The notes: a model not told the origin generated them from the letters alone. DNA of 64,000 bases from Chloroflexota bacterium (GCA_027623675.1 JAQBVF010000004.1:87490-151489); one strand, 5' to 3'; numbered from the stretch's first letter, positions 20,545 to 30,707 are shown. A program made the numbers and translations.

Positions 20545-20711
20545 AAAAACTACCCGGTCGATGGATTTGCCGGGGGCAGCGGTTCTGTGGGATATGGCTG
20601 AGTAATGGAAAAACGATGGGGTGGAGTCGTATCCCATCCTGGTTCCAGTTAGCTGCCCATCGGCCCAGACCGATGAATCAACTCGGTCTGGGCCTCAAGT
20701 CCTCGGCAGGG

Positions 20712-21155
20712 TTACTCGCCAACCACCTGGACCATGACCTCTCTGGGGCGGGGGTGGTCAAGCTCGATGAAGAAGACGCTCTGGTAGGTGCCGAACTGCA
20801 TCTCGCCACCGACCACCGGCACGGTCTCGCTGGTGCCGAGAAGCAGGTGCTGCAGGTGGGCGTGGCCGTTGGGGGATTCGTCTTCATTCATGTTAACGGT
20901 GCGAATCTCAAAGTCGTTGTGCCTGTAGCCGTTATTCCTGGGAGATATCTTCTCCAGGAACACGGCCATGTCTTCCAGAAGCAGTGGCTCGTTCTCGTTG
21001 ATCTTTATCGCCGCCGTAGTGTGCTTGGAATACACAACCGCGAAGCCGTTGGCGATCTCGGAGTCGGACACGCACTGGGCCACCCATTCGGTGATGTCGA
21101 TGAATTCCGGAGCGCACGTCGTATCGAACCGCTTGCAAAAGGACTTGGTGTTCAT
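20712..21155 (-). CDS. yjbQ: YjbQ/UPF0047 family protein
   Basis: HTTA..INENEP, NGHAHL, GTYQ..FIELD..R motifs. Confidence 0.9.
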   Translation of the reverse strand: MNTKSFCKRFDTTCAPEFIDITEWVAQCVSDSEIANGFAVVYSKHTTAAIKINENEPLLLEDMAVFLEKISPRNNGYRHNDFEIRTVNMNEDESPNGHAHLQHLLLGTSETVPVVGGEMQFGTYQSVFFIELDHPRPREVMVQVVGE

Positions 21156-21253
21156 GTTAAGAGCTCCCCCTCGTAGTTACCCCAAATTTGCTGATTGAAA
21201 CTGACATCTGCCGTCCGTTTGTCGTCCTCTGATTCTTGTCCCTATTTGCTCTG

Positions 21254-23254
21254 CTACCGTCCCGCGGCCGCCTTGGAAAATCTTCCCAGGGCCAGTAACG
21301 GCCAGTAGTTGCGGTACAGGTGGTAGTTAATCATAAATCCGGCAGGCATATCCAAGCCTTGAAAGCTCGTTTGCCCGGGATTTGGCAGCGATTTTAGCCG
21401 TTCGCCGACACCGTATCCGGGGAACCCGGTGCCGGTGAAGTAGGGCTCGTCCCAAGTGCCATCGTCCAACTGGGTCTCTGCCAGGTATTTCACTCCCCGG
21501 CAAGCGGCTTCGCAGGAGTGTTCCCCGGCGGCCACCAGTCCCAGCAACGCCCATGCGGTCTGCGAAGCGGTGCTTGGGCCCACCCCGCGCAGGGCTGGGT
21601 CCACATAGGAGCCGCAGCTTTCGCCCCACCCGCCGTCTTCGTTCTGGTGGGCTAGGATCCAGTCCACAGCCTGCCGGATGTAGGCTTGCGACATGTCTTC
21701 GCCGATGGCCTGCAGCGCCGGCAGGACAGCGCCGGTGCCGTAAACATAGTTAACGCCCCAGCGTCCGAACCATGAGCCGTCGTCTTCCTGCTCGCTGACC
21801 ACGTAGTTGAACCCTTTGCTTACCGCTGGGTTTTCCCTGGTGTGACCCAGGCGTCCGTACATCTCCAGCAGGTGGGCGGTGACATCCACGCTGGGCGGGT
21901 CCAGTGTCTCGCCAAAATCCGAGAACGGAATCTTGGTCAGGTATTTCTTGTTGTTGTCTTTGTCGAAGGCCGCCCACCCGCCGTTCTTGGACTGCATCCC
22001 GGCCATCCACTCGACGCCACGTTGGATGGCTTCGGCACGGCGGGGTTCCTCCGGACCGGGCAGTCGCACCGGCTCCAGGGCCATGACCACGATGGATGCG
22101 TCGTCGATATCCGGGTATATCTGGTTATCGAACTCGAAGGACCAGCCTCCAGGCCTGGTTTTCTTGGCGCGGACCTGCCAGTCGCCGCCGGCGAATATCT
22201 GCTTGTCCATGAGCCATCTAGCCGACGTCTGGACCATGGGGTCGTCAGGCGCTATTCCAGAGTCCATCAGCGCCAGTTGCGCCAGACACGTGTCCCAAAC
22301 CGGCGAGACGCAGGCCTGTACGGTGCAGGTGTCCTCGTCTTCGATGGCGAAGGCTTCGAACCCCTGAAATCCCTTCTTGACCGCCTCATGTTCGGGCCCA
22401 TAGCCCATGACGTGGAGCGCGATCAGCGAGTAGACCCACGGTGGCTGGATCCCTGCCCAGGAACCGTCTGCTTCTTGGTGTTCCAGCACCCACCGCATTA
22501 TCTTGCGCTCGGCGAACCCGCGGAACGGGTGCACCGGCATGCGGTGATAGAGCGCGACCGCTTTGTCGGCCCAATGGAGCGCCTTGGCCCAGCCGAAACC
22601 GCCGGTGGGTTTGGGCAAACGGTAATCTGTTCCAACGCGGCCGCCGGGATAAAGTTCGTCGATGTTGGCCGACTCGGGCACCGGGCAATACGGCCGGCGG
22701 GTCAGGATGATCAGCATTGGCGCCACGGTGGCGCGAGCCCAACTGGCGAATTCGTAGAGGTTGAACGGCGCCCACGAAGGCAGGTAGATCATCTCCGGAG
22801 GCATGTTGGGCGTGCCCTTCCAGTCCCACTGGCCGAACAGCGCCAGCCAGATCTTGGTGAACACCCGGACCTTGGGCATGCCGCCCTTGGATAGGATGAA
22901 CTCCCGTGCCTTCACCAGCGGTTCCGACTCTGCAGAGTGCCCGGCCAGTTTGAGGGCGAAGTAACATTCAACGGAGGTGCTAACGTCGCCGGGGGCCTCG
23001 TAATACTGGCCCCATGAGCCATCGGACCGTTGCTTACTGAGGATGTAATTGGAGACCTTGCGCCAGCGTTCCGGGTCGTGCCGTCCGGTGAAATGGCACA
23101 GCATCAGGTACTCGGCTTCCATGGTGGCGTTGGACTCCAACTCGCCCCACCAGTAGCCGTCGGGATGCTGGGTCCGGCGGAAATAGCCCTGAGACCGGAA
23201 GACCGCTTGGTCCGCCGCCTGGCCAACTTCGCTATATGTCTGTTGCGCCGCCAA
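21254..23254 (-). CDS. shc: Squalene-hopene cyclase
   Basis: DIDD protonation motif, several QW repeats (Q..DGSW, QNEDGGW), SPVWDT, WFGRWGVNY. Confidence 0.97.
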   Translation of the reverse strand: MAAQQTYSEVGQAADQAVFRSQGYFRRTQHPDGYWWGELESNATMEAEYLMLCHFTGRHDPERWRKVSNYILSKQRSDGSWGQYYEAPGDVSTSVECYFALKLAGHSAESEPLVKAREFILSKGGMPKVRVFTKIWLALFGQWDWKGTPNMPPEMIYLPSWAPFNLYEFASWARATVAPMLIILTRRPYCPVPESANIDELYPGGRVGTDYRLPKPTGGFGWAKALHWADKAVALYHRMPVHPFRGFAERKIMRWVLEHQEADGSWAGIQPPWVYSLIALHVMGYGPEHEAVKKGFQGFEAFAIEDEDTCTVQACVSPVWDTCLAQLALMDSGIAPDDPMVQTSARWLMDKQIFAGGDWQVRAKKTRPGGWSFEFDNQIYPDIDDASIVVMALEPVRLPGPEEPRRAEAIQRGVEWMAGMQSKNGGWAAFDKDNNKKYLTKIPFSDFGETLDPPSVDVTAHLLEMYGRLGHTRENPAVSKGFNYVVSEQEDDGSWFGRWGVNYVYGTGAVLPALQAIGEDMSQAYIRQAVDWILAHQNEDGGWGESCGSYVDPALRGVGPSTASQTAWALLGLVAAGEHSCEAACRGVKYLAETQLDDGTWDEPYFTGTGFPGYGVGERLKSLPNPGQTSFQGLDMPAGFMINYHLYRNYWPLLALGRFSKAAAGR

Positions 23255-23256
23255 AG

Positions 23257-24282
23257 TTAGGCTCTGCTGCTCCCCTGGGTTTTGGCTTGGCCTTTTCGGT
23301 CAACATAACCGTGTCCGGTGAACCAATCCACGGCCTGCCGTAGGGCGTCTTCGATGGGGCGCTGCGGCAGGCCCAACTCCCGGACCGCTTTTTCGCAGCT
23401 GACATAGGCGGGAGTCTTGGATGCCAGCACGCCTTCCACCGGGATGGCCGGCTCCCGGCGCAGCAGCGAACCCTCAATGAACCGGTCCGCATAGCCAACG
23501 CCGACGACCAGCCAATAAGGTACCCTGATGCGGGGCGTCGCGAGCCCCGTTTGCCGGCTCAATATGTCGAATATTTCCTTCAAACTCACGTTCCGGTTGC
23601 CCAAGATGTACCTTTCTCCGGACCGTCCTTTCTCCAGCGCCAGGATGTGGCCCTCTACCACGTCGGCCACGTCCACCAGATTCATCCCCGTCTTCAAGTA
23701 GGCCGGAATCTTCCGGCGGAGAAAATCCAGGATCATCCTTCCGGTGGGTGTGGGTTTAACGTCCCACGGTCCCACGGGAGCCGTCGGGTTCACCACCACC
23801 AGCGGCATGCCGTCTGCCGCCATCGCCAGTGCTTCCTGCTCCGCCTGGAGCTTGGACCGCTTGTAATAGCCGTGCAGCGATCTGGCGTCCAACGGCGTGT
23901 TCTCATCGCCCAGACCGGTTTTCGGCGTCCCCACGGTGGACACCGTGCTGGTGTAGACCGTCCGGGACACTCCCGCCTGCCGCGCCGCCGCCAGCACGTT
24001 GGCCGTGCCGGTCGCGTTGGTGCGCGACACGCCCGCCGGGTCTCTGGACCAGAAGGTGTACGCGGCAGCCACGTGGAAAACCGCCTCGCATCCCTCCACC
24101 GCGCGGTCGACCGAACGGCGGTCCAGGATGTCGCCTTCCACCGGGATTATGCCGGTGTCCTGGATCGTTAACCGGTTGCTGTCCGGGCGGACCAACGCCC
24201 GCACCTCGTCACCCCGCCGCCACAGCTCGCGGGCCAGATTCCCACCGATGAACCCGGTTGCGCCGGTGACCAACACTTTCAT
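23257..24282 (-). CDS. hpnA: Hopanoid-associated sugar epimerase HpnA
   Basis: TGATGFIG, YKRSK, VNPTAPVGPWDVKPTPTG; adjacent to shc. Confidence 0.88.
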   Translation of the reverse strand: MKVLVTGATGFIGGNLARELWRRGDEVRALVRPDSNRLTIQDTGIIPVEGDILDRRSVDRAVEGCEAVFHVAAAYTFWSRDPAGVSRTNATGTANVLAAARQAGVSRTVYTSTVSTVGTPKTGLGDENTPLDARSLHGYYKRSKLQAEQEALAMAADGMPLVVVNPTAPVGPWDVKPTPTGRMILDFLRRKIPAYLKTGMNLVDVADVVEGHILALEKGRSGERYILGNRNVSLKEIFDILSRQTGLATPRIRVPYWLVVGVGYADRFIEGSLLRREPAIPVEGVLASKTPAYVSCEKAVRELGLPQRPIEDALRQAVDWFTGHGYVDRKGQAKTQGSSRA

Positions 24283-24316
24283 GGTTAATGGCTAAGTCCA
24301 ACGCGTGGGAAAAGCG

Positions 24317-25084
24317 TTAGTACGGAGCGCCCGGCGATTTGTTCCCATCTGCTTCGCCGCCGTTCCCGATCACTCCCGCCACCTTGAGGTAGGCCAGTCC
24401 GAAATTGGTTATGACCATCTGTCCCAGTTGCAGCTGCCTCTTAAGATTCAGCATCGTGGGGATGCGCCACGGCAGCAGGACCACGTTTGTCAGCACCTTG
24501 TAGGGAGACCGGGCCAACCCCGGCAGATAGCCGGGCAGTTGCTGGTTGGCGGTGTCCAGTACAACCCTGGCCGAGAGGAACGGCACCCCGGCCTTCTGGG
24601 CCGAGTGCGCCACCCGGTAGTCCTCCATGTTGACGCTGTCCACTTGGTATTGCGCCCGCAGCTCATCGCGCTCGTCCGGCCCAGCCACCAGGTGGTCAAC
24701 GGTCAGTGACCCGCCGTTGCAGACCGGCATGGAGAGGTCGAGCGCCGCCTGCTGCGCCGATTGGAGCATCTGCGGATCGGGCCTGATGCTTTGCCCGAAA
24801 CCCTGAGCGGCCCCGTTCTGCAACGAGTACCGGTTGGCCAGCAACAGATCGCCGGTTTCCAATACCGGGTCGACGCCGCCGGCCACGCCCAGGACCAGCA
24901 CCCCTTCCAGGTCAGCGTTCCGGGCATCCAGCAAGGTGGCCATGGCGCTTCCTGAGCGTTCGGGTCCCACGCCCAATACCTTGAACTCCACCGGGGGATG
25001 CACCCCCGTGGTGTCTTCAATCTCGAGCAATGCGCGCCGGAGTCCGATCAACTCTTGCTCCATGCTGGCAGCTACGATCAGCAA
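24317..25084 (-). CDS. hpnG: Purine nucleoside phosphorylase family protein, HpnG-like
   Basis: GVAGG....L..GD, VNME, R.V.D PNP/MTAN motifs; lies between hpnH and hpnA. Confidence 0.7.
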   Translation of the reverse strand: MLIVAASMEQELIGLRRALLEIEDTTGVHPPVEFKVLGVGPERSGSAMATLLDARNADLEGVLVLGVAGGVDPVLETGDLLLANRYSLQNGAAQGFGQSIRPDPQMLQSAQQAALDLSMPVCNGGSLTVDHLVAGPDERDELRAQYQVDSVNMEDYRVAHSAQKAGVPFLSARVVLDTANQQLPGYLPGLARSPYKVLTNVVLLPWRIPTMLNLKRQLQLGQMVITNFGLAYLKVAGVIGNGGEADGNKSPGAPY

Positions 25085-25135
25085 CTCTTTGAGTCCGTTA
25101 GATCCAATGGACCGAATAGGTTAGTCAACAAAGAA

Positions 25136-26203
25136 CTAGGCAGCGGTGATGCCGCCTTTGTGGGCCGCGCCCGACTTGATCAAGGTAGCCCAGTCTTTGG
25201 GCGTCTTCAGGGCCTGGAAGATGGTGGCCGACTCGAACCCGCAGTGCATCATGCAATTCGCGCACCGTGGATCTTTGCCCACGCCGTACCTCTCCCAGAT
25301 GTCCTCGTCGAAAAGCTCTGCCACGTGTTCCACATGCTCGTCGGCCAGGGGATAGCAGGGCTTTCGCCAGCCCATCACGGTGTAGGTCGGATTGGACCAG
25401 GCGGTGCATTGATATTCCCGCTCCCCCTTCAAAAAGCTCAGGTATAGGGGGTTATTGTAGAAAGTGGCGCCCTCGGAATTCTCCGGAGACAACAACTCTT
25501 GGAACAGCTCGTGGGACTCCTGGCGGGTCAAGAACATCTCCTGCTCCGGGGCGTCCTCAAAGTCGAACCCCGGCGAGATCATGGAACCTTCAACGCCGAT
25601 GTCGCTGACCATCCGGAACATCTCGGTGAGGTCGCTCACATCGCTGGTGCGGAACACGGTGGAGTTGGTGCAGACACGGTAGCCGCGGTCCAGTGCTGAC
25701 TGGACGGCCTCGACAGCCTTTTTGAAGACACCCTGGCGGTCCACCGACTCGTCGTGTTTGGCTTCCATGCCGTCTAGGTGCACCACCCAGCATAGGTACT
25801 TGGACGGCGGCACCTTGTCCATCACCCGGTCTAGCAGCAGGCCGTTGGTGCAGCAATACACGAAGTATTTCTCTTCGACCAACGTGTTGATGATCTCATT
25901 GATCCTGGGATGGATGGTCGGCTCGCCGCCGGCGATGGAAACGATGGGCGCGCCGGACTCCCGGACCGCCGCCAGCGCTTGCTCAACGGGCATCATCTTA
26001 TCCAGCACCGGTTTGTACTCGCGGATACGCCCGCAACCGATGCAGGCCAGGTTGCACATCTCCAGCGGCTCCAGCATGGTAACCAAAGGAAACTTCTTCC
26101 GGCCTTTGAGCTTGTTCTTCAACAGGTACGCCGCCAGTCTGGCGGATAGTTCCAGGGGTCTCTTGGCTCTCTTCTTCGTGGTGGTTATGTCGGTGGTGGC
26201 CAT
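25136..26203 (-). CDS. hpnH: Adenosyl-hopene transferase HpnH (radical SAM)
   Basis: LEPLEMCNLACIGCG, GGEP, CTAW.NPT..V.GW..PCY, G.DPRCANCMMHCGFE. Confidence 0.93.
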   Translation of the reverse strand: MATTDITTTKKRAKRPLELSARLAAYLLKNKLKGRKKFPLVTMLEPLEMCNLACIGCGRIREYKPVLDKMMPVEQALAAVRESGAPIVSIAGGEPTIHPRINEIINTLVEEKYFVYCCTNGLLLDRVMDKVPPSKYLCWVVHLDGMEAKHDESVDRQGVFKKAVEAVQSALDRGYRVCTNSTVFRTSDVSDLTEMFRMVSDIGVEGSMISPGFDFEDAPEQEMFLTRQESHELFQELLSPENSEGATFYNNPLYLSFLKGEREYQCTAWSNPTYTVMGWRKPCYPLADEHVEHVAELFDEDIWERYGVGKDPRCANCMMHCGFESATIFQALKTPKDWATLIKSGAAHKGGITAA

Positions 26204-26275
26204 ATCGTAAAAACCTCGCCGGTTAAAGCTTCCTAATCGGATAGAACGTGATAGCTGATCGCCGTTGGCTTACGG

Positions 26276-27394
26276 CTAGTATTCCCTTCGGGCGAGAAAA
26301 TCGATCAAGTCTTCGGCTTCGGTTTGGGCCCAGTTGGGCAGCGAGACAGGCCTCAGGGCATCCATGGCCTGGGCGGCGGCTTCTTCCGTAAGGCGCTGGG
26401 CGTTCTCGCGGGAGCCCACCTCGTCCAATACCGCCAAAACCCGCTGGACATCGTCTTCGTCCAGCTCGTCTTGCCCGTAGATGCGTAGAAGTTCATTCAT
26501 CGCCTGGCCGCTGGCCTGCTCCAGGGCATACACCACCGGATAGGACTTCTTCCTGCGCCGGATGTCGTTGCCGGTGGCCTTGCCCAGCGTGGCCTCGTCG
26601 CCCCAGATACCCAGATAGTCATCCCTGATCTGGAATGCCCGGCCCAGGTATTCACCGAATCTGGCGAAGGCCTGCACCGTGGCCGCGTCATCAGTGGCCA
26701 GAAGCGCCCCTATCTCCAGCGCGCTTCTGATCAACGCCCCGGTCTTGCAGGCAATCATATAGAGGTATTCATCGGCCTTGATGTCGGTCCTCGATTCGAA
26801 CTCGAGGTCCAGACACTGGCCCTGGATCATCTCAATGTAACTTTCCGTCAAGATGCTAGAAACCCTGAGGGCGGTTTCCGGGGCAACGCCCAGGTCCGCC
26901 ACGTTCAGCATCGCCAAGTCGCCGGTGCACTGCATCGCGTTGCCGGCCGACAGGGCCTTCGGGATTCCCCAGAGGTGCCAAACCGTGGGCTGGTGGCGCC
27001 GTTCCACATCCCGGTCCTGGATGTCGTCGTGTATCAACGAGAAATTGTGGATCAACTCTAAAGCAGCTGCCGCGGGAAGGGCCTTGGTGAAATCGTTGGC
27101 CAATGCGTCGCAGGCGAATAAGCACAATGTGGGGCGCAGGGCTTTGCCTTGGGAGAGGGAGGAATCCATGTCGGCGCCCTGCTGGTCGACCCAGCCAAGA
27201 TGGTAGCGGAGCAACCGGTAGGCTTCTGAGGAGCCGGTACCCGCGCCTGAGCCGGGCACAGCCTTATAGAGCTCCTGCTCCACGGAGCTTTTGTATCTGG
27301 AGAACATTCCCGGAAGCGCACCCGTCTGGGCCATTACAGGAGCCGCGTTCCGGTCCGTGCCCTCGTTGGTTTGCTGGCCGTGGTTTTGGACCAT
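26276..27394 (-). CDS. Polyprenyl (FPP/GGPP) diphosphate synthase
   Basis: GKALRP, HDDIQD...RR, FQIRDD, KT motifs. Confidence 0.92.
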   Translation of the reverse strand: MVQNHGQQTNEGTDRNAAPVMAQTGALPGMFSRYKSSVEQELYKAVPGSGAGTGSSEAYRLLRYHLGWVDQQGADMDSSLSQGKALRPTLCLFACDALANDFTKALPAAAALELIHNFSLIHDDIQDRDVERRHQPTVWHLWGIPKALSAGNAMQCTGDLAMLNVADLGVAPETALRVSSILTESYIEMIQGQCLDLEFESRTDIKADEYLYMIACKTGALIRSALEIGALLATDDAATVQAFARFGEYLGRAFQIRDDYLGIWGDEATLGKATGNDIRRRKKSYPVVYALEQASGQAMNELLRIYGQDELDEDDVQRVLAVLDEVGSRENAQRLTEEAAAQAMDALRPVSLPNWAQTEAEDLIDFLARREY

Positions 27395-27512
27395 AGTCCT
27401 CTTCTCACTGAGAAAAGGTTGACCGCAGGGTGGCGGCCCGGGATCTTCCAGCGTGATCGCCTATCAAGCGCGGCGCCGATACATCGGCTTACGATGGTGA
27501 ATCACGCCTGAA

Positions 27513-27542
27513 ATGCTAGCAAAGCATTCGAGATGATGTCAA
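27513..27542 (-). promoter_or_regulatory. Putative sigma70 promoter of the hopanoid cluster
   Basis: Minus strand TTGACA-18bp-TAGCAT with an extended -10 TG. Confidence 0.6.
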
Positions 27543-27898
27543 GACAGGCTGCAGAGCCAACACTAAGATGTATTCCAAGGGCGCTCTTGGCGGGCGCTCT
27601 TGGCCGGTTGCCAAGTCTTTAGGCTTGGCGGGTTCTTAGGCATGAGCCACACCTAACTCATGACTTTTGCCGCGGGACAGTAGTTGATATAATATCCGCA
27701 TGGTTCATCGCACAACCAAGCGCACTACGGTGCACACACAGATAATAGTGCACCAAGGTGCCGAAAGATTGGCGGTATTTTGGCTCATTCCGGTCCAAAG
27801 CTGAGTTGGCGGCAACAAGGCAGCCGATTCGAAATGGCGAAAGTCTCACGCTTTTGCCAGGCACGGATTAGCTTTGGATAATCTGGGTGCGATTTCTG

Positions 27899-27950
27899 TT
27901 GACACTTCTGCCACATTAGTTTATATTTCTTCCTTGTAATCAATGTTACA
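27899..27950 (+). promoter_or_regulatory. Sigma70 promoter plus palindromic operator upstream of DUF1800
   Basis: TTGACA(27899)-17bp-TATATT, then TGTAA-N6-TTACA at 27935-27950. Confidence 0.65.
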
Positions 27951-28079
27951 TAAGAGGCGTTAGAGATTGGGGGCCAACCCCCTGTCCGCTAGGCCTTCTT
28001 CATGTAACCGGGAAATTGCGGGTGGCGGGGCCGCCCAGAGAAGATAGATCCAAATCAGACTTTTCCATAGGAGGAGCAC

Positions 28080-29504
28080 ATGGCTGAACAGGATATTGCG
28101 TTGATGGCTCACCTCATGCGCCGCGCCGGTTTTGGTGCGAGCCGCGATGAGATTGAAGCCAGAGTGGCGCAAGGTTATGACAACGTAGTCCAAGAGCTGC
28201 TCAACCCCGAGACCCAGGAGGCCGTCGAGGAAGATCTGCTCATGCGCTACAACCCCTCGTACTACGAGGCTGCCGCCATCGAGAACAACGTGCAGCAATG
28301 GGTCTGGCGGATGATCAACAGCCCTCGCCAACTTCAAGAGAAGGTGGCGCTTTTCTGGCACATGATCTTCTGTGCCGGGCATAGCAAGATTGACAGCGGT
28401 CAAGAGATGGGTCTGATGGTCGACATCTTCCGCCGCAACGGGATGGGCAAATTCGACGACCTGCTTTTGGCTCTGTCGACCAATCCCGGCATGATGTACT
28501 ACCTGGACAACACCGAGAGTCACAAGACCAACCTCAACGAGAACTATGGCCGTGAGCTCCTTGAGCTCTTCTCACTGGGCGTAGGGATGGATGAGGGCTT
28601 CAACTACAGCGAAGACGACGTCAAAGCCTGCGCCAGGGCCTTCACCGGTTGGAACATCGCCCCGCCCTATCCTCCGTTCCCCCACGGCCGCAGTCCTTGG
28701 GAGTTCCGCTTCGACCCCGCCGACCACGACAACAGTGAAAAGACGTTCCTCGGCGAGACCGGCAGGTGGAACGGCGACGACATCATCAACATCGTCTGCA
28801 AGCAGCCGGCGACCGCCCGGTTCATTGCCCGTCACATGTATAACTTCTTCGTAGCCGACGAGCCGCAGGTCCCGGCATGGCGGTTGACCCCGCCCCGAGA
28901 CAAGGCTGCCATCGAAGCCATGGAGAAGGCGTACTGGGATTCCGACCACTCCATTAAGGCCATGTTGGAAGTGCTCTTCACCTCCGACTTCTTCAAAGAC
29001 GAGGCGGTCCGCTACGCCAAGGTTAAGAACCCCACAGAGATGGTTGTTAGCCTGCTGCGCATGACCGGCGAGTTCAAGGGCCATCAGCCCGGCCTGTTCG
29101 AATTCTCCCAGGAGCCCAAGTACATGGGCATGGACCTGATGAACCCGCCCACCGTTGAAGGTTGGCACACGGGCCGCGAGTGGATCGACTCCGGCACGTT
29201 GGTCGAGCGCATCAACTTCGCCTCCGACATCCTAGGTAACACCGAGTTGGCCGGCGTCCGCAACTTGGTGGACCGGCTGATGTCTTTGGGCGACAAGCTC
29301 AGCCCTGAACAGTTCGTTAACGGGTGCCTGGAATTGACCGGTCCGGTGGTCGTAACTTCCGACACCATGGGTCAGTTGCTCGCCCACGCCGCCAAGGAGG
29401 GCGAACTCGCCCACGGCAGCGATGCCGAGCAGGCTGAGTTCACCCGCCGGTCCGGCGAGATGTTCCAGATGATCGCCGCTACCGCCGAATTCCAGTTCGA
29501 GTAA
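28080..29504 (+). CDS. DUF1800 domain protein
   Basis: HLMRRAGFG, LQEKVALFWH, M..YLDN, NENYGRELLELFSLG, ARAFTGW, PPTVEGW; GGAGG RBS. Confidence 0.92.
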   Translation: MAEQDIALMAHLMRRAGFGASRDEIEARVAQGYDNVVQELLNPETQEAVEEDLLMRYNPSYYEAAAIENNVQQWVWRMINSPRQLQEKVALFWHMIFCAGHSKIDSGQEMGLMVDIFRRNGMGKFDDLLLALSTNPGMMYYLDNTESHKTNLNENYGRELLELFSLGVGMDEGFNYSEDDVKACARAFTGWNIAPPYPPFPHGRSPWEFRFDPADHDNSEKTFLGETGRWNGDDIINIVCKQPATARFIARHMYNFFVADEPQVPAWRLTPPRDKAAIEAMEKAYWDSDHSIKAMLEVLFTSDFFKDEAVRYAKVKNPTEMVVSLLRMTGEFKGHQPGLFEFSQEPKYMGMDLMNPPTVEGWHTGREWIDSGTLVERINFASDILGNTELAGVRNLVDRLMSLGDKLSPEQFVNGCLELTGPVVVTSDTMGQLLAHAAKEGELAHGSDAEQAEFTRRSGEMFQMIAATAEFQFE

Positions 29505-29567
29505 ATCAACCCCGTAGTCAGTAAATCAATCGGCTATTGGGATGCCTAAATAACGTAAGGAGTAATC

Positions 29568-30707
29568 ATGGTATCAACCAAGAAAGATCCCGTCCTGGCA
29601 GTGCTTTCCTTGTCCGGGGGTAACGACGGACTAAACTGCGTCATCCCTCGCAACAACGGCTTCTACCGGGACTTCCGGCCCACCTTGGCCGTGCCCGAAG
29701 ATCAGATCATTCCCATCAACGATGAACTGGGCTTCCACCCCACGATGGGCCCTCTGAAGAAGTACTGGGACGAGGGCAAGCTGGCCATTTTCGTCGGCAT
29801 CGGATATCCCACGCCCAGCTACTCCCACTTCCGTTCCATGGACATCTGGCACACCTGCGAGCCGGAAAAGATTGGAACCGAGGGTTGGCTGGGACGCGCC
29901 ACCAAACAGTTGGACGCCAACTCCGAGAACGTGCTGACCGCCGTTAACTTCGGCCGAGGCCTCCCCCGTGCATTGGTCATGGACGGCGTGCCTGTCGCGT
30001 CCGTCGGTAACCTGGAGACCTATGGTCTGCTGACCGGCATCGAGGGCGAGAACCAGCGGAACGATGCGCTAGACGTATTTGGTCGCATGTACGCCCCCGC
30101 CATCGGCACCGGCGCCGTCATGGATTACATCCACCAGACCGGCACCGACGCTCTCAAGGGCGCCGACATCCTGTCCACCGCACCGGACAAGTACACTTCC
30201 AACGTTGAGTACTCGAACACCGCTATCGGGCAGTACATGAAAAACATCGTGCAGACCCACCTCGCCGGCTTCGGCACGCGGGTTCTGTATACCACCTCGC
30301 CTTACAATGGCTTCGACTCCCACGCCAACCAGGCGCAGGCCAACGCAGGACTGTTGACCGACGTTTCCAACACCGTGGACACGTTCATGACCGACCTGCG
30401 TGATCACGACGCCAGCGACGAAGTTACCCTGATGTTCTTCAGCGAGTTTGGCCGCCGCGTCGCCGACAATGGTTCCGGCACCGACCACGGCGCCGCCGGT
30501 GTGGCTTTCGCACTGGGTGAGCACGTCAAGGGCGGCGTCTATGGCACGTATCCTTCCCTGGACCCGGCCCATCAGGAAGATGGCGGCAACCTCAAGTTCA
30601 ACTTGGACTTCCGGTCTGTCTACTCCACCATCCTGGAAGACTGGTTCCAACTGGACGCCGAGCCCATCGTCGGCGGAAACTTCGAGCGGACCAAGTTCTT
30701 CGCCTAG
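29568..30707 (+). CDS. DUF1501 domain protein
   Basis: GGNDGLN, RPTL, SHFRS, FDSH, SEFGRR..NG.GTDHG, DFRSVY motifs. Confidence 0.92.
   Translation: MVSTKKDPVLAVLSLSGGNDGLNCVIPRNNGFYRDFRPTLAVPEDQIIPINDELGFHPTMGPLKKYWDEGKLAIFVGIGYPTPSYSHFRSMDIWHTCEPEKIGTEGWLGRATKQLDANSENVLTAVNFGRGLPRALVMDGVPVASVGNLETYGLLTGIEGENQRNDALDVFGRMYAPAIGTGAVMDYIHQTGTDALKGADILSTAPDKYTSNVEYSNTAIGQYMKNIVQTHLAGFGTRVLYTTSPYNGFDSHANQAQANAGLLTDVSNTVDTFMTDLRDHDASDEVTLMFFSEFGRRVADNGSGTDHGAAGVAFALGEHVKGGVYGTYPSLDPAHQEDGGNLKFNLDFRSVYSTILEDWFQLDAEPIVGGNFERTKFFA

Noticed and set aside
27395..28079. Possible riboswitch, ncRNA or small ORF (27658-27864) in the long divergent intergenic region
   Set aside because: No recognisable aptamer; ORF lacks an RBS or motifs; only promoters, an operator and a tandem duplication are supportable
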